Shown: positions 21,201 through 29,917, numbered from the stretch's first letter. The stretch is 64,000 nt of DNA from a virus (IMGVR_UViG_3300025133_000037:67662-131661), one strand, 5' to 3'. The notes: generated by a model from the letters alone, not told the origin. A program made the numbers and translations.

Positions 21201-21215
21201 TGAATCTGTTGACAT
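15279..21215 (-). CDS. Giant tail-fibre/adhesin-like protein with tandem PKD/Ig-like repeats and a DUF5011-like domain (1978 aa)
   Basis: N-terminal HxH anchor; fibre motifs GNVGVGT, GKVGIG, NIQFHDG; repeated PKD-like units (DGSLSTDSDGDPLSCNW, DPDDDALTYAW, GDYTLRLTVTDDDG); DAGATATDAED..VNINVPGVYTVTYNVTDSGG. Confidence 0.8.
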   Translation of the reverse strand: MSTDSDRKLTRYTSAVTVVTAEVMNSLFGGDHGFNDNVDEFHPVVAGHKHDGIHADGHSSKVFLTEGAHVRGQLAHKNLGGYDGTTPAVQYINIQCYSEDIYGTPVDQREAAGEDYVPLSIPEFIEVEDPDTGVVDKCYYLDLSMSAGGVDTNVQYNKNGAFGGDDGFVYLYDEERVGIGRPDPHYKFHVDSDFNNAIIGIQENIDGTSGSDLRLRKSRLNDIVQDGDSLGSIQGLGNDGGGVNSFETAAAIQFRVDGTPLAEDMPGEIRLSTRPSGEPSLHYTDHVRMIIKSDGNVGVGTLSPAGKLTISSDSTAAAPNLLIHESAIDAGGRISFTNTSDTNGVTGGSHEWSMFGRPRAEGDQANAILHVWYGDNDGTGGGGNIIQATGDGKVGIGSDAGWDGTTHPERTLHVFDDSGNSPLRLESVPSGTGTVLVIDGAGDIYSDASIGSDQNVFDNIVLTSTGTGTASGGPIETDATSDTLTLEAGDGIDLAGAAGTDTITITSTATVTPGGAYKNIQFHDGASPAGFAGNDGLSYNDVSGGTGFGVGPEVIIHNMTTGPSDYDRYAGLVFNGEDGTGTKTTSRVSGFHHEFYDAINPNQGAFSVETFNPAVPGLTRAILIDGGTRSLSDGLGYVGIGATDASYQSPKGFSTPARRLHIKEAADDPPQGYSPLRINDLTDGPGHVVLWNKEVQTPNAGYPDEGDVYYIPNGDPGDGLVIKEDGNPHWAPIEGGGESKVEFESHWTSANDWVQKNGNPDLDAWDGAPVDVIEWMQRQAQPVAFTSGAFPANRDVVTKVLLDKTLAGANNEIQSVYYLTVPIPSCGALSGGIGQSIDGSHQSALGSYPDSIPGFPEDAPTSCRITCYFVFLTPAVGTADFNVQLSCGKDSNSLAGDLEVLSDVDLINQGEWSAVPPGDPQSFMLNSHSYAIPRRGKVVVSDFSPMKIDLTQDFGGLCTFRVKVADFVGGYWPGEENEGEYRGLGFIGANLLWIWEDEEEEPEQANSPPNTNFKLSFIPAGAEGGNAEAVEVEDGASVPVGVTLTLDGSLSTDSDGDPLSCNWTVMMAGEQVVLDDHGSVVEYLVTEGMAGSGVTMSLQTSDGIDLGNTVSKSFSIEIANVRPTADFSFTIGDTEVLMVELNTLSDTVQPVNIKPEIDDDDAGDVLTCSWAVSGPVEVSTDGWATDGSEFSVTLPASAGNYDVQLIVNDGMDNSDPAINTLRVNQLPIANFTIVSGSDVTGDLVTCASTSTDDGSVAGQAWTFSSVPNGSLLTNADIQNADAVTASFTPDVEGFYAVSLVVVDDEGSYSVEKINAIDISAANTATIVTITAHSGSEANPSQTVFLADDWIYLKATAIDPDPEPEGFVYIWERLNDQNIVVQTVTHDVSADDQTPLIDLLNIGSLARDTYSWQVKVIDAQGLPGNTAQLTFEVLNSDPVVVIDSVDGTTEVDANVSLNATATDIDGDELTYDWTVQTHTADGDPTYSFSSTSAQDPDFTTDMFGEYTLELSVTDGNGGQASAVVTVEFVAANQAPTVSIEGTEGTLETGESIIMVATAGDADGIIETYAWTVESQPGDTASFVNDAIEDPEFTAATAGDYTLRLTVTDDDGGTAYAEHSFTLVDPNQQPAASIVASFAGNVGEVGVLVTADGTGSSDPDDDALTYAWTFSVVPDGSNISDDSDLDPNDVSIQTFTPDVTGLYTINLIVTDVHGYASPQASASVFAAAANQQPVLHLVGGPGTDSISINQGDDYADAGATATDAEDDNDALTANIVTESNVNINVPGVYTVTYNVTDSGGLAADTITRTVTVVPVAENNPPSIIMATYVGQEQGTPGALAQGEGGYLWPTGPENTAVDGGFNYPDVQLGSYISFYGGRSADTEDTGGAMDVEDGVVNLNYTWKIIEAAEGSGYNNAGIFNKPNPVAGDGDPPINNPVNDGGHYTSIQIQPDKGGVYAIKFELKDSNNAVSQFVVRFKAVG

Positions 21216-21228
21216 GTTATATTAAGCC

Positions 21229-24200
21229 TTATTGATATTCAAACCAAAGATTGTTCTCTGTTACTTCTACCCTACATACACACGATGCATTTATATAATC
21301 GGGAGCATTTCCAACATGCATTTGAACATTTTCAACCATACCCGTCAGTGGTCCGTATGCTACTGCGCCAGAGCTATTTCTGCTTAATGGACCATTCGTA
21401 AAGTAAATAGCAAAATCAGATGTTATGCCTCCACCCCATCCAGATGCATCAGTATTAATTAAGACTGGGCCTGTTGTCCACACCATATTAACGGGGGCTG
21501 CACCAAACTGCATAGTGGCCCCTGTATGAGAGCAATTAAGCCCTCCTTCGTAAGTGAAGTGAACAGACTCTTTTGTTACGCCCCCTGCGGCCTCTGTGCA
21601 ATTTAATACGCCTTGAATTTTAAAAGTATAAGACGACCCCATTTTGGGTTCAAAAGCTCTTCCGTGATTAATTTTATCAATGTCTCCATCTAATAATAAT
21701 TTAAAGCCTGTATTTCCAATTCCACCAATATCATAATCCCAGTGTCCAAACATTGTGAATACAAATGTTTGAGCGCCCCCGGGCTTAGACTCTCCGTGAT
21801 CCGAAGCATAAAGTCCACTTATCGGATCTCCAGAACCGTCCGTAAAGCCATTGGCCGCAAAGGATCCGTCTCTTAAATCCCATGTTCCAGCGGCTTGTGA
21901 TTTTTGTCCATAATTATAAGAAGAAGCCTCTCTTCCAAATGCTCCAGCAAACGCATTTGCCTTATTGCTAAACGGTTGAGATTCTATTTTATTTTTTATA
22001 CCATATGCAACAGAGCTTGCAAAAGCACCATTTATATGATTATTCGCTCCAGCTATAATGGACGACAAGTCAGCTATGCCATCAGAAACTTCTATGACAT
22101 TGTTTATTCCAGTTAAAATTCCAGCATAATGGCAATTCTCTATCATATTGCCAACATAGCCTGCTGCTGGATTATGAGAATGAGGATTAAGATCAAGAAG
22201 TGTTGATGCAGGAACTAACCCGATAGGCTCGCCTGTTCCCGGATTAAACCAAACATCCTCGCTTGATGTAGACCCCGGCCAGTAAGTCATTGGATCAACT
22301 ATTGCTCCGCCACCACAAATAACTGCTCCACGCGAATCTGTTACGGAATTATAGAACCCCCCTAATATTGTAGAGAAGCATGATGTCTCACTTTGTAGGC
22401 CAGTACTCGGGAAGCCTGCTCCTGCAAATGTGCTTGTAGAAGTTAATATCTTATTATTACTTCCGCCGCCGACAGTACATAACACTCCACCTTTATTATT
22501 TGGATTAAATCCGATCTCATTATGCCAACCTCCCAGTATGTTGCAGTGAGTTATGATTGCACCTGCGGCCTGTGCTGTTTCCATGCAGTTTGCTGACCCA
22601 CCCAATATAACGCAATTGTCAATGCCAGCCTCTCCAGACTTCATTTTGTTAAACGACCCAAACCCTATTGCGTTATGCTTAAAGCTTCCAGCTGTACATG
22701 CTATTATATTTTCATTACCGCCTAATATATATTGGTTATAAACCGATTGGCCGCCACCACTTGGAGTCCATGCAGCTATCTTGTTATGTGTTCCGCCAAA
22801 TACAAAGTTAACTCCACCCAAAGGCACTCCTGATAGATCTATATCGCCTCCTGCTATCCAGTTTCCACTCCCTCCAAATACTCCAGATCTCGGGGATGGG
22901 CCTCCAGCGGTAAAGTCCCATAATCCAGGGTTAGTACTCCATGGAGGGGGCCCTATTGAGTCAAAGGCAAAGTCAATTCCAATGACATTCTCTTCCATAG
23001 GCTGCGAGCCACCGGGCATCCCGCCGCCGCCGCCGACAATAGAATATTCACTTACTGAACCAATCTTATTCTCTTGTCCTGCTCCAATAAAAGAGAAGGG
23101 ACTATTTGCATAAATATTGTTTCTTACACCACCAACAATTGCAGAAGATGTGGTGGCCACAATATTGGTATCACCTCCGACTACTACAGATTGAGGATGC
23201 GCCTGATTGTTCAAGCCCCCTAAAATCGAAGCATATTCATACGCCCAATTTCCTATGCCTCCACCGATTGTTGCATATTCTGAACCAATAATAACCTTAT
23301 TATTGCGCCCACCAGATATAGCAGAGTATTCTGAGTTATCGTCTATAATATTATTGCGCCCCCCAGATATAGCAGAGTGCGACGAAGATAACTCTATGCG
23401 ATTTTGCCTCCCGCCTGATATAGCGGCATAATTTGATTTGGCCCTATTATCCATACCTCCTGATATCGTAGAGTGACTGCTATTTAATTGGTTATCAATA
23501 CCTCCTGATATAGTAGAATAATCATTAGAGTTTGTAATTAAATTATCACTACCTCCTGATATAGCAGAGTGGTCCGAGCCGGATTCAATTTCATTATTTT
23601 GCCCTCCAGAAACCGTAGACCAATTGCCCTGAACCTGATTCGCCTGACCTCCAGATAGCGTTCCGTACATGGAACTATCTACATGGTTTCCTCCGCCACC
23701 GGAGATTACGCTACCAACATCTCCCGGAATTGCGCTACCAATTACATTAGCTTGCCCACCAGATATGGTATTTATACTTTGAGCACAAGAATTGCCTATG
23801 CCACCGGCAATAACTGAACCATTCCCCGTATCGGTAATTAAGTTATTCTCACCGCCAGCTACAACAGAGAAGCTTGCCTCTGCTTTAGTGTTGCTTCCAA
23901 ATGCAACCGAATAAGGACCTCGATTATCTTCGTCCCACTGTGGGCCTGTGACGCCACCTGCCCTAAAGGCTCCTTTGCTCTTGTCAAACAAGAATCTATT
24001 GTCGCCATCAATATGCGTTGGCTCTCCTGGGTCATTGATATCTTCAAGAGAAGATGATCCAAAGACAAAGTCCAGCCCCGTACTAGGGGCCCACACTCCA
24101 GCTATATCTACATATGCTGACCCATCCCAATACTGGTGTCTTTGCCTGACAACAGGATGCTCAGGGCCTCCTGAGTATGCGGTATATTCTGGAGGAAAAC

Positions 24201-24591
24201 CATCAAAGTCTTCCTCTACAAATACAAGATCTGCCCTAATGCCTCTGAGGTCTAAGTAATAATAAGTAGATCCACCTGACTCATAAGACTCAGGAATTGC
24301 CTCATTTACATTTACTGTTTCACGAACATTATTTCTATGAACAGCTTGATCTGCAAGGTTTTCATGCAGAAGCTTATCTTCAACATGTTCGACCAAATTA
24401 ACCAACGGAGCATGTCCATCAATGTTCTGACCATCATGCACGTGTCCACGTATACGCGGATCTTCTGGGTCCATAGAAGAAGCCTCACCAGATCCGTACA
24501 GTCCTCCGAAAATGGAGTTTGCGAAATCTGCTGTGACTACTGTAACTGTCGACTCAAATTTTGTAAGCTTTCCGTCGCTATCTGCGGCCAT
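21229..24591 (-). CDS. Tail-fibre/adhesin-like protein with Gly-Gly-x-x-Asn beta-roll repeats (1120 aa)
   Basis: N-terminus homologous to 15279..21215; FDKSKGAFRAG motif; many 14-16-aa (S/T)IxGGxxN repeats resembling YadA-like head repeats. Confidence 0.8.
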   Translation of the reverse strand: MAADSDGKLTKFESTVTVVTADFANSIFGGLYGSGEASSMDPEDPRIRGHVHDGQNIDGHAPLVNLVEHVEDKLLHENLADQAVHRNNVRETVNVNEAIPESYESGGSTYYYLDLRGIRADLVFVEEDFDGFPPEYTAYSGGPEHPVVRQRHQYWDGSAYVDIAGVWAPSTGLDFVFGSSSLEDINDPGEPTHIDGDNRFLFDKSKGAFRAGGVTGPQWDEDNRGPYSVAFGSNTKAEASFSVVAGGENNLITDTGNGSVIAGGIGNSCAQSINTISGGQANVIGSAIPGDVGSVISGGGGNHVDSSMYGTLSGGQANQVQGNWSTVSGGQNNEIESGSDHSAISGGSDNLITNSNDYSTISGGIDNQLNSSHSTISGGMDNRAKSNYAAISGGRQNRIELSSSHSAISGGRNNIIDDNSEYSAISGGRNNKVIIGSEYATIGGGIGNWAYEYASILGGLNNQAHPQSVVVGGDTNIVATTSSAIVGGVRNNIYANSPFSFIGAGQENKIGSVSEYSIVGGGGGMPGGSQPMEENVIGIDFAFDSIGPPPWSTNPGLWDFTAGGPSPRSGVFGGSGNWIAGGDIDLSGVPLGGVNFVFGGTHNKIAAWTPSGGGQSVYNQYILGGNENIIACTAGSFKHNAIGFGSFNKMKSGEAGIDNCVILGGSANCMETAQAAGAIITHCNILGGWHNEIGFNPNNKGGVLCTVGGGSNNKILTSTSTFAGAGFPSTGLQSETSCFSTILGGFYNSVTDSRGAVICGGGAIVDPMTYWPGSTSSEDVWFNPGTGEPIGLVPASTLLDLNPHSHNPAAGYVGNMIENCHYAGILTGINNVIEVSDGIADLSSIIAGANNHINGAFASSVAYGIKNKIESQPFSNKANAFAGAFGREASSYNYGQKSQAAGTWDLRDGSFAANGFTDGSGDPISGLYASDHGESKPGGAQTFVFTMFGHWDYDIGGIGNTGFKLLLDGDIDKINHGRAFEPKMGSSYTFKIQGVLNCTEAAGGVTKESVHFTYEGGLNCSHTGATMQFGAAPVNMVWTTGPVLINTDASGWGGGITSDFAIYFTNGPLSRNSSGAVAYGPLTGMVENVQMHVGNAPDYINASCVCRVEVTENNLWFEYQ
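23290..23620 (-). repeat. Degenerate coding tandem repeats (SAISGGxxN units)
   Basis: Recurring ccwgatatagcagagt units at 42-48 bp spacing. Confidence 0.7.
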
Positions 24592-24601
24592 TGCAAATCC
24601 T

Positions 24602-24886
24602 TTACTCTATATTTTTAAAGTGTTTCTTTATCTTGTCACTCACTTTAAACTTTACGGACTTGTATGACTTTAAGATCATTTCTTCTTGAGTTTTCGGGTT
24701 TCTTACAGGACGTGGAGAGTGAGTGTATAAATAGTATTTTCCAAAGCCTACCAAAGAAACCTCCCCCTCCTCCTCTAAAGATTCAATTATCGAGTCTATT
24801 AAGGCATCAATAGCCTGCAAAGCCTCTTTCTGAGACAAAAGAGTTTTTGAAGCAACCTTTTTCGCTAAATCTTTTTTATTTACCAT
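24602..24886 (-). CDS. hup: HU-family DNA-binding protein
   Basis: MVNKKDLAKKVA, GEVSLVGFG, RPVRNPKTQE, VKFKVS. Confidence 0.92.
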   Translation of the reverse strand: MVNKKDLAKKVASKTLLSQKEALQAIDALIDSIIESLEEEGEVSLVGFGKYYLYTHSPRPVRNPKTQEEMILKSYKSVKFKVSDKIKKHFKNIE

Positions 24887-24948
24887 CTTTATTCATCCCT
24901 ACAAGTGCGTGCGCGCGTGACGATACAATCTTAAATATTAATAGTAGC

Positions 24949-25182
24949 CTAAATGATATCATCATCATCAAATTTATCAGCATATAATTGCGATTCTTTA
25001 TAGTCTGATTCTAACTCATCTTGCCTTTCTAAATAATATCTATATACCGTAGAGAGATCCCCATCGTCCATGCCGCTGGAGTCAATACCATAATTCTCAT
25101 ATATACGATTAACCTTTTTTTTAAGCCTCTCTATTTTTTCGGTATCGCTTATCCTCTCCTTGTTTGACACGTTGATCTCCAA
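24949..25182 (-). CDS. Hypothetical acidic protein
   Basis: ORF in operon. Confidence 0.6.
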   Translation of the reverse strand: MEINVSNKERISDTEKIERLKKKVNRIYENYGIDSSGMDDGDLSTVYRYYLERQDELESDYKESQLYADKFDDDDII

Positions 25183-25191
25183 ACATCAAGC

Positions 25192-25566
25192 CTAAACTTG
25201 ATCTGCCTTCTTAACTATCTCGCGGCATACATCGACCATGCTCTCTACTGTCATTTTTAACTTCAAAGCATTAACGCAATACGCACACCATACAACATTC
25301 CCCTCAACATATCCTAACTCCGGATCAATACAATCCAATGACATCTTAAACGGGTCATGTGTTCTTTCTTTATTTTCTTTAACAATATTTAATTGAATAT
25401 CAGAGTAAAAGCATCTTCCGCTTTGCTCCTCAAATAGAGTTACGATAAAATCTTTTGTTATATCAAAAGGAATACCTTTTTTAGACGCTCTACTCCTAGC
25501 ATTTGAAACAGCTCTTCCAAACATTATACTAGGATATTCTAAACATTTTTCTCTCCACGTATACAA
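25192..25566 (-). CDS. HNH-like (His-Me finger) endonuclease-domain protein
   Basis: QSGRCFYS, SLDCIDPELGYVEGNVVWC..VNALK; a phage HNH variant in which the usual DRID reads DCID. Confidence 0.7.
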   Translation of the reverse strand: MYTWREKCLEYPSIMFGRAVSNARSRASKKGIPFDITKDFIVTLFEEQSGRCFYSDIQLNIVKENKERTHDPFKMSLDCIDPELGYVEGNVVWCAYCVNALKLKMTVESMVDVCREIVKKADQV

Positions 25567-25567
25567 C

Positions 25568-25837
25568 TTAGCTCTCCTCTGCCTCTTCTACAGGCTTGTT
25601 AAAAACATTAACCATAAGTCTAAGCCCAGCCTTTGCGCCAGAAGCTTTCGCAACTGTTCGTATCGCATTAGCAATTCGGCCCTGCTTCCCTATAACCTTT
25701 CCAACATCATCTTTGCCTACTCTGATTTCAAACAGGAGGCCCTTCTCTGGATCATTGGATTCGGTCACAATCACTGCTGATTCATCATCGACTATACTTG
25801 TCACCATAACGGTGAGCAATTCTTTTACACTACTCAT
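25568..25837 (-). CDS. khpA: KH-domain RNA-binding protein KhpA (UPF0109)
   Basis: DDVGKVIGKQGRIANAIRTV in a single-KH 89-aa protein. Confidence 0.9.
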   Translation of the reverse strand: MSSVKELLTVMVTSIVDDESAVIVTESNDPEKGLLFEIRVGKDDVGKVIGKQGRIANAIRTVAKASGAKAGLRLMVNVFNKPVEEAEES

Positions 25838-25838
25838 T

Positions 25839-26330
25839 TCAAATCTCCTCTATATTAATTTTGGTCAACTCAACTTCAGATTTTCTCGGAATAACAACCT
25901 CAAGCAATCCATCTTTCATAGAAGCTTTGGCTAAAGTTAGGTTAAATAATGGATTTATAAAATACTTTGCCTTAAAATTTCTTCTGGCAATACCCCTAAC
26001 TATCATGCCGTTCTGTACGCCAATTACCGGGACTTTAGCGGGGTACTCACCCTCTGGTGTCTCGATACTATTGTCGCTTTCCACAGGCGAAATCTTATTG
26101 CCCAAGCCCTCTATATAAAGCTCATTGTTTTTAGTGTTAACTGATACGTCTGATGGAGAATATCCCGCTAAGGCAAACGCCATATGGAACCCTCCTTCAT
26201 CACACCACTGGTCACACCTTGGAAACTTTCCAGCAGAAGTGGCCTTTTTATGCGTAGCTACATCTCTAAAGAATTCATCATCAGCCCATAATAAGTCTAA
26301 GACCCTGCCAGGGATAGACACTCTACTCAT
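25839..26330 (-). CDS. Small heat-shock protein (Hsp20/IbpA-like)
   Basis: ALAGYSPSDVSV, RGIARRNF, ASMKDGLLEVVIP. Likely start is MSRVSIP, overlapping the upstream stop. Confidence 0.85.
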   Translation of the reverse strand: MSRVSIPGRVLDLLWADDEFFRDVATHKKATSAGKFPRCDQWCDEGGFHMAFALAGYSPSDVSVNTKNNELYIEGLGNKISPVESDNSIETPEGEYPAKVPVIGVQNGMIVRGIARRNFKAKYFINPLFNLTLAKASMKDGLLEVVIPRKSEVELTKINIEEI

Positions 26331-26667
26331 CGTATCTTTCATTGCTTTCATCTCCATTTTCAAAAGCTGTATCAAAATATATTCCAACCGAATCAACTGC
26401 CCCAACAATGCTGTGAGTGGACCAACTAAAAAGGCTGGTTATTGTCGCTGCCCATAAAGGATTTATATCATAAAAACCAGAGGCAATAAGTCCAACCCAA
26501 AAGCCAGAGCACATTGTGCAGTTAATTAGTTCTCCTAAATAAGCTGATCTATTTTCTATAAACTTCCTAATAGGCTCTAAGAGGGCGCTTGCTACCAGGA
26601 TAATAGTAAGGCCAGAAGAACCTAATGAAAATATTAAAAACTCAACTATACTCACAAACAACTCCAA
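26323..26667 (-). CDS. DUF1360-like membrane protein
   Basis: Hydrophobic helices with LGELINCTMCSGFWVG. Confidence 0.65.
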   Translation of the reverse strand: MELFVSIVEFLIFSLGSSGLTIILVASALLEPIRKFIENRSAYLGELINCTMCSGFWVGLIASGFYDINPLWAATITSLFSWSTHSIVGAVDSVGIYFDTAFENGDESNERYDE

Positions 26668-26775
26668 CTAAGTTATATATACTTAATATATCCATTATTA
26701 TCAATAATATTTTACTAACTCCAACCTACATCTAAATAAATTTTGCTGCTAAATTTTGTAAAACTTTTGCCCGAG

Positions 26776-26798
26776 AAAGCAGGGATCGTTCCTGCTTT
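26776..26798 (-). terminator. Hairpin downstream of thyX (putative terminator)
   Basis: AAAGCAGG-N7-CCTGCTTT. Confidence 0.5.
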
Positions 26799-26803
26799 TA
26801 TGT

Positions 26804-27502
26804 TTATTTGCGGTTTGCCTCTTTATACTTAGAGATAGCAACGGGCCATAAGCCCTCGGCTATTTCAAGGCAAGCTTCCGCGACTCTTTGTATCTCCAGT
26901 TGAGCACCAGCATGTGTTCTTAGCTCAATAAACTTTAATAAATTGTTCAAATTAACTGTTCCGTAATATTCTGTATACATATTTTGAGGCAATACACCCC
27001 TTGCCTGCTCACGACACACCCCTGCTTCAATCATTCTATTGAAGAGATCGAGAGACATTTGATGATGTAGACCAACCATTTCATCACAATCACTGCCACA
27101 AGAAAGAACTGGGTTAATTAACTCTTCAGCGTTGCTTGCCTGTCTGTTAGCTTCGTGTTGTGTTCTGAACTCTGGTGTCTCATAAAACTTAATATCTACA
27201 TCTGTATACCGCCTTGATATTTCATTATAACTCCAAGTGCGATGCCTGTGATGTTGGCTTCTAACATACAATGGAACTACAAAGCAAAGGGTAATAACAT
27301 TATGTTCAAAAGTGCTAGTATGACGATGTTTCGCTAAATATGAAATAAGCTTTTCATCTTGCTTATCTAGCTCATTCTTCCGTCGTCCAAAGCTAACACG
27401 TGCGCTATTAACTATAGTCAAGTCTGTCCCCATATGGTCCACGTACTCAACTCGGCCTATGCCATCTGAATACAGATAAATAGCGTTTTTAACCTGCCCC
27501 AT
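26804..27502 (-). CDS. thyX: Flavin-dependent thymidylate synthase
   Basis: IVNSARVSF, HTSTFEH, RHRTWSYNEISRRY, REQARGVLP, HAGAQLEI. Start at MGQVK after GGAG. Confidence 0.95.
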   Translation of the reverse strand: MGQVKNAIYLYSDGIGRVEYVDHMGTDLTIVNSARVSFGRRKNELDKQDEKLISYLAKHRHTSTFEHNVITLCFVVPLYVRSQHHRHRTWSYNEISRRYTDVDIKFYETPEFRTQHEANRQASNAEELINPVLSCGSDCDEMVGLHHQMSLDLFNRMIEAGVCREQARGVLPQNMYTEYYGTVNLNNLLKFIELRTHAGAQLEIQRVAEACLEIAEGLWPVAISKYKEANRK

Positions 27503-28718
27503 CAGACTCCCCTCTGCATACAAGGAGCAACTGCCTATCTTGATCAAAGACTATATTCGCAGCCTCCGTTACATCACTGGTCGTTACCGCATCAATGTTG
27601 TTCATGTAATCCTCTATAGTCGGAATGTTCTGCAGCCTTCTTTTGATGGCCCAATATGCAAGGCTATAACTATCTTCTATTGCAGAATAGAATGAAGATC
27701 GAATCTTATTCTTGGCCCTCTGGACCTCTTCCTCTGTTGGCATTTCTAGTTTAATCACATTCAGCTGCTCGTCCACTACTTCTACTGCCTCTGGTAAGTT
27801 AGCCTCTCTTGTGGAGAACTCAACCAAACTAACCCCTCCATGCTGCCAATCTGTATTCCCGCTCGATATACCATATACCAAGCCTCGCTTCTCTCTAACC
27901 TCTGCGAACAAACGACAGTCCATGCCCCTGCCCAAGATTGTCATTAAAACCTGCACAGCACCATCTATCTCTGATGCAACATTTACAGATGGCATACCCA
28001 TCCATACATATGAATGCTCCAAGCCACCCTTAGTTATCTCCATATATCTTCCTCCAGAATAATCTGAATTGTATACAGGATAATCTGAATCAAAAAACTC
28101 ATAATTACTTGTAATCTTTCCGGTTGCCGGACCAAAATACTTATTAAGCAAAGCCTTAGAATCCTTCTTGCTTAAGTTGCTACATATCGAAACAACGGCA
28201 TTCTTTCGATTACAAAACTCTTTATGGAATCTTTTTAACTCATCTGTTGTAAATTTAGATATACTGTCTTGTGTTCCGAGAACAGGAAGCGCCAAGTAGT
28301 TATTAAAAAAGGTTTCAGAAAAAGCTCTCCATATATAATGAGAAGGGTCGTCAGTGGAGGACAGTTCCTCCTCCTTGACGACCTCTATCTCCCGCATTAT
28401 TTCTTCTTCTGGGAAGATGGGATTAAACACCATATCAGAAAGAATCTCTATACATGGCTCTAAATTTTCATATGGAACGGATACATAATATGCTACTGAT
28501 TCGTGAGAAGTAAAGGCATTTGAGTGCCCTCCTAAAAACGCAATCTCCCTCTGTATTTGAAGGCTGTTTCTTTTGTTCGTACCCTTGAACAAAGAATGTT
28601 CAAGCATATGGGCAATTCCAGGGTTATACTCTCCAGGCTCTTCAACTCTGGAGCCAGCATCAAAAGAGACTATTATTGTCGCTAATCTGCTATGTGTTTT
28701 GGATATTTCATGAATCAT
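27489..28718 (-). CDS. M16 (pitrilysin/MPP-like) zinc peptidase
   Basis: GIAHMLEH inverted zinc motif, NAFTS, RLFAEVREKRGLVY. Confidence 0.92.
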   Translation of the reverse strand: MIHEISKTHSRLATIIVSFDAGSRVEEPGEYNPGIAHMLEHSLFKGTNKRNSLQIQREIAFLGGHSNAFTSHESVAYYVSVPYENLEPCIEILSDMVFNPIFPEEEIMREIEVVKEEELSSTDDPSHYIWRAFSETFFNNYLALPVLGTQDSISKFTTDELKRFHKEFCNRKNAVVSICSNLSKKDSKALLNKYFGPATGKITSNYEFFDSDYPVYNSDYSGGRYMEITKGGLEHSYVWMGMPSVNVASEIDGAVQVLMTILGRGMDCRLFAEVREKRGLVYGISSGNTDWQHGGVSLVEFSTREANLPEAVEVVDEQLNVIKLEMPTEEEVQRAKNKIRSSFYSAIEDSYSLAYWAIKRRLQNIPTIEDYMNNIDAVTTSDVTEAANIVFDQDRQLLLVCRGESDGAG

Positions 28719-28736
28719 AAGGCCTTCCACATTAAA

Positions 28737-28771
28737 TAAAAAAGGGTGGGAGCATTTTGCTCCCACCCTTT
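28737..28771 (-). terminator. Rho-independent terminator after the AAA-VWA pair
   Basis: 14-bp perfect stem AAAGGGTGGGAGCA/TGCTCCCACCCTTT with U-tract on the minus strand. Confidence 0.85.
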
Positions 28772-28774
28772 ATG

Positions 28775-29917
28775 CTACCGAGTCTTTTGTTCAATAACTA
28801 CCTTTTTTCCATAAGGGAACTCTACGTCCTTATCTTGCTCGCAGACTGCCCATAAAACCCTAGTCTTTGGCTTACTTGGGAATGGAGCATAACCATCTGT
28901 GAAGATGGCTAATCCATCATATTTTAATTCATCTGCCAACTCAATTACCGGACTAAAACAAGTTCCTCCTCGACCCACTATGTCAATTTTGCTTGACTTT
29001 TTGCTGAAAGGCTTTGGGTCGTCATAGATTTGGGTATCAAACTGAATGAAATCGACTTCCACATGGTCAATCATTCCATTCAACTCCGCAGCAAAATATT
29101 CTAACTGTGAATTAGACACTGAACCAGAAGTATCAAAGGCAACTAACAACCTGCTTGTATAGTTTCTCTTTGTGCCGGGAGAGACAAAGCCATACCTTCT
29201 ATTGGGCCTCATACGAGTATTCTTTCGTCCCATTAGAATGAGCTTATTAATGAACCACCTAACTTCTTTCTTCCAGTTTACAACCGGCTTATTGGCAGCT
29301 ATAATCTGCGCTGCAAGGTTTCCATTAATATTCCCCCAACCTTTCTTCTCCTGCTCTTTAATTGCCTTTTCTGCAATATTACGAATCTTCTCTTCTACAA
29401 TATCATCATCAAATTCATCCCACATAGAGTGGTCGTCAACAGTGTCGCCCTTTCCTTCAATGAGTTGGTCAAAGTCCTTACCTTGACCCTCGCATTCTTT
29501 CTTTAGCTTCTCATAATACCACTCAGAAGACTCATTGTTACTAAGTCCAAACTGATGAGGATAAAGTGCTCCCTCTGGAAGCCCCTCAATATGACAATTA
29601 ATAGCGCAATCTGCCGCAATATTATATCCTCGCGGATTATAAGCAAAATGCTTTGCGCGAGTCAAATGATGCAATAGTATATGCAGAGCCTCATGCTTTA
29701 GAACGCTTCTCAATTCAGTCGATGAAAGCTTTTGAATAAAGTCTGGATTATAATACAGAGCCAAATCCACTCGCCTAATAACTCCGACCGCAAGAGTAGG
29801 CATCTTTGTGGTTTCCTTTTTATTCAGATGAAGGAAAACCTCTCCGTATAAAGGCTGAAAAGTTACGAGTTTAGAAATCGCTGACTCAAGCCTGTTTTTT
29901 ATTTGTGCGTTTGCCAT
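28775..29917 (-). CDS. DUF2201-type metallopeptidase plus VWA-like domain protein
   Basis: VLKHEALHILLHH, NIAADCAIN, DDHSMW, AFDTSGSV (MIDAS), GRGGTCF, FTDGYA. Confidence 0.9.
   Translation of the reverse strand: MANAQIKNRLESAISKLVTFQPLYGEVFLHLNKKETTKMPTLAVGVIRRVDLALYYNPDFIQKLSSTELRSVLKHEALHILLHHLTRAKHFAYNPRGYNIAADCAINCHIEGLPEGALYPHQFGLSNNESSEWYYEKLKKECEGQGKDFDQLIEGKGDTVDDHSMWDEFDDDIVEEKIRNIAEKAIKEQEKKGWGNINGNLAAQIIAANKPVVNWKKEVRWFINKLILMGRKNTRMRPNRRYGFVSPGTKRNYTSRLLVAFDTSGSVSNSQLEYFAAELNGMIDHVEVDFIQFDTQIYDDPKPFSKKSSKIDIVGRGGTCFSPVIELADELKYDGLAIFTDGYAPFPSKPKTRVLWAVCEQDKDVEFPYGKKVVIEQKTR

Noticed and set aside
15279-24591. Diversity-generating retroelement acting on the fibres
   Set aside because: No reverse transcriptase, and no template/variable repeat pair differing only at adenines was noticed.
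24905-24919. Alternating purine-pyrimidine tract GTGCGTGCGCGCGTG upstream of hup (Z-DNA or operator)
   Set aside because: A single short occurrence with no supporting pattern.
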